Source of the DNA: a virus
Strand: one strand, 5' to 3'
Length of the DNA stretch: 64,000 nt
IMG/VR virus record: IMGVR_UViG_3300035146_000036
The notes beneath the pieces are model-generated. The model was given only the letters and a program-made list of their open reading frames with translations, searched no databases and was not told where the DNA came from. Shown piece after piece: positions 9,679 through 18,855 of this stretch (positions are counted from its first letter, which is position 1; each line of letters begins with the position of its first letter). The position numbers were made by a program, and so were the translations under genes.

Positions 9679-9940
9679 TTTGAACGTTAAGGAGGCTAAG
9701 AAGGCAAAGAACAAGTGGAAGAAATCTGCACCATCTATGGGGGAGGATGAAGCTAATGATATATTGTTGTCTTCTATGAAGTGGTTATCAAGACATGTTG
9801 ATGGAGATGTTAAGGAAAGCAGAGAGCTTGGTGAAATGCTTCGTGATAAAGGTATATGGTATATGTTTATTGAAGGAGATGAACAGAGGCCGATATTTAA
9901 GACTAGAAGAGGAAAATTTAGAAGAATGGAATGGCCTTAA
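9662..9940 (+). CDS. hypothetical protein
   Basis: ORF track. Confidence 0.5.
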   Translation: MDMEDSLNVKEAKKAKNKWKKSAPSMGEDEANDILLSSMKWLSRHVDGDVKESRELGEMLRDKGIWYMFIEGDEQRPIFKTRRGKFRRMEWP

Positions 9941-9946
9941 AGATAG

Positions 9947-10234
9947 GTGTTTAAAATGGATAGTAAATGGTTGAAAGATTATTCTTTAGGACCAGATTGG
10001 TTCAAGGAAGGTGTTGATAAGGCTAGAAAAGAGTTTGATGAAAAAAGGCAAATTATATATGAAAAGTATGTTTTTAAGGACCCTAATAATGGCAAGATTT
10101 TGTTGATTGATGGAAGTGTTCATTTGTTGAAAGGTGCTGAAAAGAAATATACTAATGAAATGTGGGTTGCTCAGAAGAAATATGATGAAGAAATTAATTT
10201 GTTGAAAGATAGATTATTATTTATTTTTCATTGA
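9947..10234 (+). CDS. hypothetical protein
   Basis: ORF track. Confidence 0.5.
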   Translation: MFKMDSKWLKDYSLGPDWFKEGVDKARKEFDEKRQIIYEKYVFKDPNNGKILLIDGSVHLLKGAEKKYTNEMWVAQKKYDEEINLLKDRLLFIFH

Positions 10235-10249
10235 TATGGTGAAAATAAG

Positions 10250-10498
10250 ATGAATAAGATAGATTGGCCTAGTGGTAAGAAGATGCATGTTCAGAATATT
10301 GTTCTTGCACCACCTAATGGACGTCACGTTCATTCTGAATTGGTGGAAGAGGCTTACAAAGAATATTGTCAGATGTTCGGAAATAGTCAAACGTTAGAAA
10401 GATTACAAGAGAGGGGTGGATTTGATATAGTTGAATTGGCTACTTTTTTGTATATGAGGATAAAGCGGTTAGAGAAGAATATTGTAGAAAAAAGTTGA
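10250..10498 (+). CDS. hypothetical protein
   Basis: ORF track. Confidence 0.5.
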   Translation: MNKIDWPSGKKMHVQNIVLAPPNGRHVHSELVEEAYKEYCQMFGNSQTLERLQERGGFDIVELATFLYMRIKRLEKNIVEKS

Positions 10499-10522
10499 CA
10501 AATTTTGTGTTGTATATAATAT
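10495..10522 (+). promoter_or_regulatory. sigma-70-type promoter TTGACA-N16-TATAAT
   Basis: aaaagTTGACAaattttgtgttgtataTATAAT. Confidence 0.6.
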
Positions 10523-10571
10523 ATTTGCATGGATTTCTAGTTAGATTCTAGATGTGGAGTGAAAATGAAAA

Positions 10572-11804
10572 ATGAAAAGTTTAACTAAAAAGCAAATCGA
10601 AAAATTATCAATTTATAGAGATAAGTGGATACGAATAGGTACATCTATATTTGATATTGATGATCGTAAAATAGCTGAAAAGTATATTGATGATGTATAT
10701 TCGATTGCTGGATTTGAACCACCAAAATTTAAGATATGGTTATCTTCTCCTTATAGTGGTGTAATTGGAGTTGTGTTATTAAAACAGATTAGGGCTCAGG
10801 TTGGGGATCAGATTTGGGATCAGATTTGGGATCAGATTAGAAATCAGATTGTGGAACAGGTTGGGGAACAGGTCGGGGAACAGGTCTGGGAACAGGTCGG
10901 GCAACAGGTTGTGGAACATGTTGGGAATAAGGTTGGGGATCAGATTAAGGATCAGATTTGGTTTAAGAGTTTAGGTAAGGTTGTGAATCAGATTAGAAAT
11001 CATGTTGGGGATCAGATTTGGGAACAGATTAGAAATCAGATTAGAAATCAGATTAGAAATCAGGTTGGGGAACAGGTTGTGGAACAGGTTGGGGAACATG
11101 TTGTGGAACAGGTTGGGAATCAGATTGATGGTCAAAATTTGACATTTAACATTTGGCATCAGGTTGATGTTCAAACCTTTCAATGTGGATATGGAATTCA
11201 TGATGCTAACTTTTTATCATTTTATGATTATTTTGATAGTGAGGTATTATATAATTTGAATGAAATTAGGCCATTAATAAATTTGTCTAAATATGTTGGT
11301 TGGTGGTGGCCTTTTGAAAATGTAGTAATTTTTACGGATAAACCAATATTTGTTTGTTGTGATGACCGAGGTAGGCTTCATCATGAGAATAGGATGGCAT
11401 TAGAATATTCTGACGGATTCGGGATATACTCATGGCATGGCATTATGGTTTCAGAACAAATTATTATGAAACCAGAAACTATAACGTTAGACCAAGTAGT
11501 GAAAGAGAATAATCAGGAGATTCGTCGTATTATGTTGGATCGGTATGGATGGGATAGGGTTTTGTGTGATTTGCATGCTTGTGTAGAACATGAGGATAAT
11601 ACAGGAAAATTGATATCTACTTATAGGCTTGGAGAATATTTAGCTGGTGAAGATGAGATAGCAAAATTTGTATTAGTAGTTGACCCTTCTACTAATCGGA
11701 AATATTCATTAAGAGTACCACCCGAAACAAAAACAGCTAAAGAGGGAGTGGCATGGACATTTGGGCAAAAAGAAGATGAGTATAATCCAATAAAGGAGAC
11801 ATAG
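10572..11804 (+). CDS. tetrapeptide-repeat protein ((I/V)x(D/E)Q units) with globular C-terminal domain
   Basis: About 45 tandem 12-nt units at 10796-11140 encoding VGDQ/IWDQ/IRNQ/VGEQ...; promoter TTGACA 10495. Confidence 0.6.
   Translation: MKSLTKKQIEKLSIYRDKWIRIGTSIFDIDDRKIAEKYIDDVYSIAGFEPPKFKIWLSSPYSGVIGVVLLKQIRAQVGDQIWDQIWDQIRNQIVEQVGEQVGEQVWEQVGQQVVEHVGNKVGDQIKDQIWFKSLGKVVNQIRNHVGDQIWEQIRNQIRNQIRNQVGEQVVEQVGEHVVEQVGNQIDGQNLTFNIWHQVDVQTFQCGYGIHDANFLSFYDYFDSEVLYNLNEIRPLINLSKYVGWWWPFENVVIFTDKPIFVCCDDRGRLHHENRMALEYSDGFGIYSWHGIMVSEQIIMKPETITLDQVVKENNQEIRRIMLDRYGWDRVLCDLHACVEHEDNTGKLISTYRLGEYLAGEDEIAKFVLVVDPSTNRKYSLRVPPETKTAKEGVAWTFGQKEDEYNPIKET
10796..11140 (+). repeat. tandem 12-nt repeat array (~28 units) inside CDS 10572..11804
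   Basis: gatcagatttgg / gaacaggttggg variants encoding (I/V)x(D/E)Q. Confidence 0.8.
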
Positions 11805-11805
11805 A

Positions 11806-12096
11806 ATGTATAGGCAAGGTGATTTATTGTTTGTGATGGGCATAATCAAGCATGATGCAAAAGAACAAAAAGATGGTGTTTTGGCATTAGGCGAGGCAAC
11901 TGGACATCGTCATCGTATTGAGGATCGTTCAAATGCAATGATGATGGTAATTGGTACTATGGCTTATGTGCGTGCAATACAAGAGGCTAATATAGTACAT
12001 GAGGAGCATGCTACGATTACATTGCCTCCTGGAGATTGGGAGGTAATTAAACAGCGTGAGTACCATCCAGATGGATGGTTTCATGTATTAGATTAG
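11806..12096 (+). CDS. hypothetical protein
   Basis: ORF track. Confidence 0.5.
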   Translation: MYRQGDLLFVMGIIKHDAKEQKDGVLALGEATGHRHRIEDRSNAMMMVIGTMAYVRAIQEANIVHEEHATITLPPGDWEVIKQREYHPDGWFHVLD

Positions 12097-12423
12097 ATGA
12101 TTTCTGATAATAGAAATATATATATTTTAAACATTCTTATTGCTTTTGTATGGTTGTTTAATTTTTTTGATGCTGTTTTTACGTGGTATTGGTTGAATAA
12201 TGGTGCAGAAGAGTTGAACTGGATTATGAAGACATTGTTTGATGTTCATCCAATTTTGTTTTTCGTTTGTAAAATCGGTTTTGTGACTATTTTTTTGATA
12301 ATGTTGAAAAGGTGGTTGAAAGAACATTTTCTTGCCAGAGTAGGAATTGTATTGTGTTTTGTTATTTATTCTTTTGTGATTTTATGGCATTGTTGTGGTG
12401 CATATTATATTTTAGGTGATTAG
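12097..12423 (+). CDS. integral membrane protein (3-4 TM)
   Basis: Hydrophobic segments ILNILIAFVWLF, ILFFVCKIGFVTIFLIML, IVLCFVIYSFVILW. Confidence 0.5.
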   Translation: MISDNRNIYILNILIAFVWLFNFFDAVFTWYWLNNGAEELNWIMKTLFDVHPILFFVCKIGFVTIFLIMLKRWLKEHFLARVGIVLCFVIYSFVILWHCCGAYYILGD

Positions 12424-12427
12424 GATT

Positions 12428-12443
12428 GCGAACTCGAGTTCGC
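12428..12443. promoter_or_regulatory. palindrome copy 3
   Basis: Exact; 13 nt before ATG 12457. Confidence 0.7.
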
Positions 12444-12456
12444 AAAAGAGGATGAA

Positions 12457-12798
12457 ATGTATGAAGATGGATATGTAGTAAGAGAAAAAATAGGTAAAAA
12501 GAGTGATGAGGTTGCTTGGTGTATTCCTATGGATTATGAGATAATTCAGATTGTTCTTTATATTAGGCAGGGTGATGACAATATCATATTTGATATTATT
12601 GAAGGTAAGCCACGTGTATTTGTTAGAAAGAATAAAAAAGCTACTACGTATCTTCAGCGTATAATTAATTCTTGTCATACGTTTGACATTATTGCCTTCA
12701 AGAAAAAAGGAGATGATTGTTGTGATGTTGTTGCTAAGGAAGGATCTATATCATGGTATAATGATAATCCATCATTGAATCGTAGTTATCATAGATAA
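12457..12798 (+). CDS. hypothetical protein
   Basis: ORF track; preceded by palindrome copy 3 + GAGGATGA RBS. Confidence 0.55.
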   Translation: MYEDGYVVREKIGKKSDEVAWCIPMDYEIIQIVLYIRQGDDNIIFDIIEGKPRVFVRKNKKATTYLQRIINSCHTFDIIAFKKKGDDCCDVVAKEGSISWYNDNPSLNRSYHR

Positions 12799-12832
12799 TA
12801 GATTGGAATATATCTGGTTAGGAAAATAATGT

Positions 12833-13087
12833 TTGATGATTGTTTTATATATAAAAGATTGTGTAATGGTAAAAAAATATAGACAGGTTTTTCTTGGTTA
12901 TAACGATAGACGATTGGTGGGATGGGTGGATAACAGAATGGCCAAAAAAAGGAATTTGGTGACGATAAATGGGTATGATGGTGTATGGGAGATACTTGAA
13001 GTATTTGATGATGTAATAGTGGATGATGGGAATTTGGATACTTTATCTTCTGAGTATAGACATCATAGAGAAAGAACAGATGTATGA
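12833..13087 (+). CDS. hypothetical protein
   Basis: ORF track. Confidence 0.45.
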   Translation: MMIVLYIKDCVMVKKYRQVFLGYNDRRLVGWVDNRMAKKRNLVTINGYDGVWEILEVFDDVIVDDGNLDTLSSEYRHHRERTDV

Positions 13088-13272
13088 TATTTTTAGACCA
13101 AAAATATTTTGTAAAAAAGAAAGGTTTAAGAAGTAAAATTTGTCCAGATTGTGGTGGTTTTTTTACTAAAACTGAAGATGGATATTTATGTAATTTGTGT
13201 GGATTTGAGCTTGATAAAAATGGGAGTAGTAAATCATATTTTTATGGTGTGATTACTATTGAGAATAAATAA
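13084..13272 (+). CDS. zinc-ribbon protein
   Basis: CPDCGG...CNLCG. Confidence 0.5.
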   Translation: MIFLDQKYFVKKKGLRSKICPDCGGFFTKTEDGYLCNLCGFELDKNGSSKSYFYGVITIENK

Positions 13273-13295
13273 TAGATAGGAATATAAGTGTCAAT

Positions 13296-13622
13296 TTGAA
13301 ATTTAAATGTCTTGTTACTAGGAAAGAGAAAAAGACTGTTTCTGAAATTTTTTCATTGATTAAAGAACCTTGGTGTGAGGTTGTAGTTGAAATTAAAAAA
13401 ATGAATATTAGTGTGGTTTCATATTTTGAGAAAGATGCTGTGGTTTCAAAAATAGATGTTTGGGAAAAGGCAAATACACTAGAAGATTTAATTGATGATA
13501 TAGAATATTATTCTGGTGAAGTTATGCAATTTACTGGAGATGGTGTTTGGTTGAAGTTTGAATTGTCAGAAGATATACTTAGAAGGGTTTTAGAAAAACT
13601 TTTGAGGAAAAACTATGGATAG
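13296..13622 (+). CDS. hypothetical protein
   Basis: ORF track. Confidence 0.5.
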   Translation: MKFKCLVTRKEKKTVSEIFSLIKEPWCEVVVEIKKMNISVVSYFEKDAVVSKIDVWEKANTLEDLIDDIEYYSGEVMQFTGDGVWLKFELSEDILRRVLEKLLRKNYG

Positions 13623-14031
13623 GAAAGAAAGCATAAGAATTCATTGGGATTGGTATGGATATTGTAGGACATGCAAATTTTGGGATAGTCATGAGGATAG
13701 AAAGAAACTAGAAGGTAGATGTGATTATGAAAAATCACCTAATTACAATGAAGAAGTATGGAGTGAAGGACATTGTAAATGTTGGGAAAGTTTTGACCCT
13801 GAAATTGCTAATTTTATTGTGAATGTAGTTCAAAGAAGACCTAGGAGTGCAGGGGTATGGTTCTATGAAAATAATTATGATGGTCATATAGATGCAGCTC
13901 TTGTGGGCAGGAGATATGGAAGGCATAGTGGGCCACTGCAAGTATTTCATGTGGAAAATGATGATTGGTGTAATTTTGATGTTTTTGAAAAAGCTGAGGT
14001 AGCTAGATGGATGGATAAGGCAAAACTATGA
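13615..14031 (+). CDS. Cys/His-rich hypothetical protein
   Basis: ORF track. Confidence 0.5.
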   Translation: MDRKESIRIHWDWYGYCRTCKFWDSHEDRKKLEGRCDYEKSPNYNEEVWSEGHCKCWESFDPEIANFIVNVVQRRPRSAGVWFYENNYDGHIDAALVGRRYGRHSGPLQVFHVENDDWCNFDVFEKAEVARWMDKAKL

Positions 14032-14222
14032 TATTTGAAGCAAAATGTTCTGAGTGTGGAGAATGGTCAGAAATATCATGGTTTGAGTTTGAATTTTATG
14101 CTGGTTATTGGTGGATAGAATCTGGTCCATGTCCAGTATGTGGAGAATCTGTTAGAGTTGAAGAATTAGAAAGAAGAAGATTCGGGGGTAATAGGAGTTG
14201 GAAAGTTGGAAAAGAATCATAA
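14028..14222 (+). CDS. zinc-ribbon protein
   Basis: CSECG...CPVCG. Confidence 0.5.
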   Translation: MIFEAKCSECGEWSEISWFEFEFYAGYWWIESGPCPVCGESVRVEELERRRFGGNRSWKVGKES

Positions 14223-14433
14223 AGAATGTCCTCATTGTAGATATGATAAGCAAAGTGTTTACGAGAAAGAGAGAGAAGGATTTGGGTGGGGTCCTGTGAA
14301 ATATTATAGCGTAATTTGTGATAGGTGCAAAGCTCAAGGTCCTGAGATGGTTACACCAGATGATGCATGGATAGCATGGGATGATAGAGGTGAAGGAAAA
14401 ATGGGACTTAGATTTCATAGATATGGAAGATAA
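14206..14433 (+). CDS. Lar-family restriction-alleviation-like protein (paralog A)
   Basis: CPHC...QSVY...GFGW..VKYYSVICDRCKAQGPE...DDAWIAWD. Confidence 0.55.
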   Translation: MEKNHKECPHCRYDKQSVYEKEREGFGWGPVKYYSVICDRCKAQGPEMVTPDDAWIAWDDRGEGKMGLRFHRYGR

Positions 14434-14629
14434 GCATAAAAAATGTCCTTTTTGTGCTCATGATAAGCAAAGTATTTATTATAGAGAAACAGATGGATTT
14501 GGATGGTTTTCAGTAAAATATTACAATGTTCGTTGTAATAGTTGTGGTGCAGAAGGTCCCGAAGAACGTACAGAAGAAGAGGCTTGGAAAGCTTGGGACA
14601 AAAGAAAAAGAAAGAGTGATAAAAGTTGA
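14381..14629 (+). CDS. Lar-family restriction-alleviation-like protein (paralog B)
   Basis: CPFC...QSIYY...GFGW.SVKYYNVRCNSCGAEGPE...EEAWKAWD; tandem paralog of 14206..14433. Confidence 0.55.
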   Translation: MIEVKEKWDLDFIDMEDKHKKCPFCAHDKQSIYYRETDGFGWFSVKYYNVRCNSCGAEGPEERTEEEAWKAWDKRKRKSDKS

Positions 14630-15132
14630 TATTTATTGATGAAAAATGGTTGATGTATCTCTATGGTTGGATTTTCGTGAGACCACGTAGATGGTTTTTT
14701 ATGAATATATGTATAAATAATAAATTGCGTCTTTGGCCAAAAAAGGAATATGGTTATTGGTTTTGGCCTAATATGCATTGGATTGTTTTATATTATACTT
14801 TGTGGAAGTTTTTTAAATGGATGTATTATGAGGCTTGGAGGTTTTTTTGTAATTGGGATGGTGGATATAGAAATACTTATCCATGGATTGCTAGATTTAT
14901 TCATTGGATTGGGCGTACAACAGTTGGTGTTCATATATCCACGGTAGAGTGTTGGCATTGTGGATTTGAGGCTGGAAATCAGGTTGATTTATCATATGAT
15001 GATAGTGGAACGACATTTATTTTAGGGGATTCTGGTTCTTATGGTACGCAGGATGGAATATGTCATTGGTTTGAAGGTACAACAATTTGTCCAATATGTG
15101 GATATAGAGAACACTATGAGGATAGTGATTGA
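14626..15132 (+). CDS. hypothetical protein with C-terminal zinc ribbon, W/Y-rich
   Basis: ORF track; CWHCG...CPICG. Confidence 0.5.
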   Translation: MIFIDEKWLMYLYGWIFVRPRRWFFMNICINNKLRLWPKKEYGYWFWPNMHWIVLYYTLWKFFKWMYYEAWRFFCNWDGGYRNTYPWIARFIHWIGRTTVGVHISTVECWHCGFEAGNQVDLSYDDSGTTFILGDSGSYGTQDGICHWFEGTTICPICGYREHYEDSD

Positions 15133-15359
15133 GTGGATCAAGTTAGGTATAGTTTATGATTGTTCCGTATATTCCAAGATTGTACGAAAGAGGACTGAAA
15201 TTAAAGTGGTCAAAAATAATTTTGATTATTTTAGTAAGTTCTATAATTGCATTTTTAATTGTAATAGCAACATGTTTGTGTGTAGGGTGATTACAATTAA
15301 TAACTAAACGAGATATGGTGTCGTAATATTGGTTTGGAGTTTAGAAGGAGTATTTAATA

Positions 15360-15689
15360 ATGATGAATCCAGAAACAAATAGATTTGAAGAAGTGCATCC
15401 TAAGGTTGAGAGTGCTCTTGAACAATTTTCTGAAAAAATGTCTGATATGTCTGGGTATGTTCGTTATGATGGGTCTGATGTGCCTAAAGGATATCCTGTT
15501 TTTGGGATAGGAGAAGAGTTTCAACTTAAAGGATATCGATTTAAGGTTAAAAGGATAAAAGAAGATGAAATTACTTTTGAACCAATTGGTCCAGTACCTA
15601 TATCTAAAATGCGTAGTGTGGTATATACAAAAAAAGGTACTGGGTCTTCAAAGAAGAAAAAGAAAAGTGGTAGTAGAAAGAAGAGATAA
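15360..15689 (+). CDS. hypothetical protein with basic C-terminal tail
   Basis: ORF track; KKKKKSGSRKKR tail. Confidence 0.5.
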   Translation: MMNPETNRFEEVHPKVESALEQFSEKMSDMSGYVRYDGSDVPKGYPVFGIGEEFQLKGYRFKVKRIKEDEITFEPIGPVPISKMRSVVYTKKGTGSSKKKKKSGSRKKR

Positions 15690-15690
15690 A

Positions 15691-15867
15691 ATGTTGTCAG
15701 ATAAAGCAATTTGTTGGACATGTAATAAGTTTGTATATTCTGGAGAGTTAGATATTGGATATTGTTATTATCATGATAGAAATGTGAAACAAGATTCATC
15801 TTGTATTCATCATCCAGATTATGTTGAAGGTGATTTTATTGATATAGAAGATGAAGATGAAAGTTGA
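15691..15867 (+). CDS. small Cys/His protein (ATG 15691 inside track ORF 15565..15867)
   Basis: Start chosen immediately after stop of the preceding gene. Confidence 0.4.
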   Translation: MLSDKAICWTCNKFVYSGELDIGYCYYHDRNVKQDSSCIHHPDYVEGDFIDIEDEDES

Positions 15868-16153
15868 TACAATTGAAGATTTAAAAAAAATAGTTGGTAA
15901 AAAAGTTTATTTAGGTAAGCGTATTGCTTGGAACAACAATGATGATGATTTTGATACTTTTGAATTAGAAGTAGGAAGTATAATTATTGGACGCAAAAGA
16001 TATAAAAATGAACTTGGGTTAGTAGAAGTTTTTATAAAGCCTATTTTAAAAGATGATCCTTGGGAAGTAATTGGTGAAGTTCCTATTGATTTTGTTTGGA
16101 ATACTCGTGAAGAGGCATTGGATTTTATAGCGGAATATGAAAGACAAGATTAA
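15851..16153 (+). CDS. hypothetical protein
   Basis: ORF track. Confidence 0.5.
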   Translation: MKMKVDTIEDLKKIVGKKVYLGKRIAWNNNDDDFDTFELEVGSIIIGRKRYKNELGLVEVFIKPILKDDPWEVIGEVPIDFVWNTREEALDFIAEYERQD

Positions 16154-16398
16154 TGCATGTGAATTTTAATGGTATAAGGATAAATTTAGCAAGAGCATAT
16201 AATGGTTTGTTTGAGCAATCTGAGTCAATAGATAATGAGAGGATTGAAATAAGCAAAGATAGACTTGCTGAGATGTGTGAAATGGTAGGTGCATTTTTGT
16301 GTATTTATAACGAAGGAGATGAATCTTTTCGTGATTTATCAGATGATGTTAAATTGATAGACCCATATACTGGTAGATGGGAAGAAGATGATGGTTGA
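16153..16398 (+). CDS. hypothetical protein
   Basis: ORF track. Confidence 0.5.
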   Translation: MHVNFNGIRINLARAYNGLFEQSESIDNERIEISKDRLAEMCEMVGAFLCIYNEGDESFRDLSDDVKLIDPYTGRWEEDDG

Positions 16399-16684
16399 TA
16401 ATAATTGTTGTATGACATGTGAAAGTGTAAGGAGGGTTGCATCTGAAGATTTAGAAAAAGAAGGATATGTGGGTTGTAATATTTTGAGTGGTATTAGAGG
16501 TGTTATTTGTTATAATAAAGATGATTTGAATAAAATAATAGGTAATGTTGTTGCTATGGGATGGGTTGATTTGGGTTCTCGTCCTGGCAGTAAAAGTAGT
16601 GGTATGATAACAAATGAACAATTGATAATAAAAGGTGTTATTTCTTGTCCATGGTTTGAATTGAATTGGAGGAATAGAAAATGA
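16388..16684 (+). CDS. hypothetical protein
   Basis: ORF track. Confidence 0.5.
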   Translation: MMVDNNCCMTCESVRRVASEDLEKEGYVGCNILSGIRGVICYNKDDLNKIIGNVVAMGWVDLGSRPGSKSSGMITNEQLIIKGVISCPWFELNWRNRK

Positions 16685-16944
16685 GTTGTTGCAAAGACAA
16701 AAGATATATAGTTGTAGAGATAGAAGAAATACATAGAGTTATTGATGTGTGGAAGGAGAGGTTGAAGGGGTCATATACTGATGAACCATCAGCATATCAA
16801 GCTATTTGTGGATTTTTGCTTGAGGACTTGAAGAAACACAGATGTAAAAAAGGTACTGTGTCAAAGTCAAAGATTCTTTTGGAATCACAGTGTAAAGATA
16901 AAAAAGGGTCTTTAGTTACCATTGACGAGTCTTGTTGTGAATAG
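16681..16944 (+). CDS. hypothetical protein
   Basis: ORF track. Confidence 0.5.
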   Translation: MSCCKDKRYIVVEIEEIHRVIDVWKERLKGSYTDEPSAYQAICGFLLEDLKKHRCKKGTVSKSKILLESQCKDKKGSLVTIDESCCE

Positions 16945-17245
16945 ATTTGTAATGATGAAAGATGGTTTTTGGAAATGGGATATTGGTGGGTTGAGTTTTT
17001 TGATTGGTAGTACAAAAGAAAAAAATACATATTTAGCATTATGGGTAACAACTATTTCGATATTGAATTATAGAATGGTTGAAAGAAGAATTGTTGAAGG
17101 TAATTATGGATTGGTGTTAAAGAATTTAGAGAAAAAAGCATCAATTCTTTTGGTTAGAAGTAAAGTTAATGGTGGAAAAGATTTTATTGAATATATAAAC
17201 AAAAGACAAGAGGTAATGGATAGTTTGATGTGTGTTAGGTATTGA
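16922..17245 (+). CDS. hypothetical protein
   Basis: ORF track. Confidence 0.45.
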   Translation: MTSLVVNRFVMMKDGFWKWDIGGLSFLIGSTKEKNTYLALWVTTISILNYRMVERRIVEGNYGLVLKNLEKKASILLVRSKVNGGKDFIEYINKRQEVMDSLMCVRY

Positions 17246-17807
17246 TATGAATAAATTGGAAGATATGTCTAAAGCATTTGATTCATTAACTGGTGTTTGT
17301 GATAATTGTGGTTATACAGATGATAATATAGGTCGAAAAGAATGTTTAATGTGTGGAGCAAAGGCTTATGATGTAAAATTGCATGTTTTGGATAAAGATA
17401 GACCCAGTTTTCAAAAAATATATATGAATCTTGCGATTGATATTTCTAAACGGTCTACTTGTTCTAGGAGACAAGTAGGTTGTGTAATATCTTCTAGTGA
17501 TTTTAGAAGGATTCTTGCTGTTGGATATAATGGTAATGCTTCTGGGTTGCCCAATAAGTGTGATGCACCAAATGTTTCCTCAGGGTGTGGATGCATTCAT
17601 GCTGAGGAAAATGCTTGTATTTCTTGTGTTGAGCCAAGGAGTACAAAGAAAATAGTTTTTGTTACGGTTTTTCCTTGTAAGATGTGTGCAAAAAGATTTG
17701 TACAACTTGGTGGGGTTAAGCAAGTATATTATTTAGATGATTATCATGGTGAAGAAGCAAAATTTGTTTTTGATATGGCTGGAATTGAGTTTTGTCGTTT
17801 GTTGTAA
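17232..17807 (+). CDS. dCMP deaminase (CMP/dCMP-type zinc deaminase) with N-terminal zinc ribbon
   Basis: HAEENA ... PCKMC zinc-binding motifs; VGYNG; extra CDNCG..CLMCG ribbon at N-terminus. Confidence 0.8.
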   Translation: MLGIDMNKLEDMSKAFDSLTGVCDNCGYTDDNIGRKECLMCGAKAYDVKLHVLDKDRPSFQKIYMNLAIDISKRSTCSRRQVGCVISSSDFRRILAVGYNGNASGLPNKCDAPNVSSGCGCIHAEENACISCVEPRSTKKIVFVTVFPCKMCAKRFVQLGGVKQVYYLDDYHGEEAKFVFDMAGIEFCRLL

Positions 17808-17827
17808 TAATTATGGAAGATTGAGTT

Positions 17828-18052
17828 ATGATAGAAGTGAAAAGATGGATGTTTAGATGTTGGGTGGAAGGAATAATAATGGAAAGAGATTCCAAAGGTA
17901 GGGTTGTTGCAGTTGAAGAAGGTAAATGTCAAGAAGCGGAAGATGCGTTGAATAGGGGAGAAACAATAGGTTTTTTGGATAACAGGGGTAAATGTATTTC
18001 AACGATGTCATTAGTTGATGGTGAATATAAGGAAAAGTTATATGAAGATTAA
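17828..18052 (+). CDS. hypothetical protein
   Basis: ORF track. Confidence 0.5.
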   Translation: MIEVKRWMFRCWVEGIIMERDSKGRVVAVEEGKCQEAEDALNRGETIGFLDNRGKCISTMSLVDGEYKEKLYED

Positions 18053-18290
18053 GCATAAAGATATTTTTACAAAAGAACAAATTGAAGAATTAGTTGGTAG
18101 AGTTGTTACAATTAATTATAAGGGTCTTTTAGATAGGAAAGTTTTGGTAACTAGGCTTTTTAAGGGAAGTATAGGTTTTGATTCTAAAGAAGAATGGATA
18201 TTAGGTGTTGTTGAAATTGGGAAAGGATTTTTTGAGATACCGATTGCTATTTCTAATATATTAGAGATAAAGAAATTGGTAGTTGATTAG
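18015..18290 (+). CDS. hypothetical protein
   Basis: ORF track. Confidence 0.45.
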   Translation: MMVNIRKSYMKIKHKDIFTKEQIEELVGRVVTINYKGLLDRKVLVTRLFKGSIGFDSKEEWILGVVEIGKGFFEIPIAISNILEIKKLVVD

Positions 18291-18293
18291 TTG

Positions 18294-18309
18294 GCGAACT
18301 CGAGTTCGC
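18294..18309. promoter_or_regulatory. palindrome copy 4
   Basis: Exact; 12 nt before ATG 18322. Confidence 0.7.
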
Positions 18310-18321
18310 AAAGAGGTTGTT

Positions 18322-18525
18322 ATGTCGAGACGGGTTGTTGTTTGGTCTGGATGTGCTGATTCTACATATCTTCTTCATTGGTATGCTACTTATTCTTCTA
18401 TACAAAATCCTGTTTATGCTATTACGGTTGATTATCATCCTCAATTAGATAAGAAATTTATGGCTGCACAAAGAGCAGCAAAATTTGAAATGGAAAAGAA
18501 GAATCCACGGTCACCGTTTTTTTAA
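18322..18525 (+). pseudogene. PP-loop (QueC-like N-terminus) fragment, 68 aa (ATG 18322 inside track ORF 18283..18525)
   Basis: MSRRVVVWSGCADSTYLLHWY resembles the QueC/PP-loop SGGxDS start, but the ORF terminates after 68 aa; follows palindrome copy 4 + AGAGG RBS. Confidence 0.3.
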
Positions 18526-18536
18526 GGAGAAAAGAA

Positions 18537-18830
18537 ATGAATAAAATAAAATTAGGTGAAGGAAAATATCTTGTTAAGGTTGCAAGAGATAATGATACTA
18601 AAGATATAGGAATTGCATTTGTTAAGTTTGATAATAGTCATAAGATTGGGTCAAAGCCAACAGAAGAAGAAGATAAAAAAGAACCTTCATTTTTTATATC
18701 GTTAGGAAATATTAATAGTGCAACTATTATGTTGCAAGTACTTACGTATTCAATAGCATTAATAAATGGTGTTTCAGAGACAGATTGGTCAGAACATATA
18801 GATTTCGAAAGAGTTAATGGAAGAGCATAA
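18537..18830 (+). CDS. hypothetical protein
   Basis: ORF track; RBS aaggagaaaagaaATG. Confidence 0.55.
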   Translation: MNKIKLGEGKYLVKVARDNDTKDIGIAFVKFDNSHKIGSKPTEEEDKKEPSFFISLGNINSATIMLQVLTYSIALINGVSETDWSEHIDFERVNGRA

Positions 18831-18855
18831 TAAAGAATATATGAAAGGTTAAGAA

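Noticed and set aside
10796-11140. Possible CRISPR array
   Set aside because: Units are 12 nt with no spacers, are in-frame coding and are degenerate. This is not a repeat-spacer architecture, and no cas genes are present.
10971-11201. Minus-strand ORF with NLISNLISNL repeats
   Set aside because: It is the antisense reading of the 12-nt tandem repeat array inside CDS 10572..11804.
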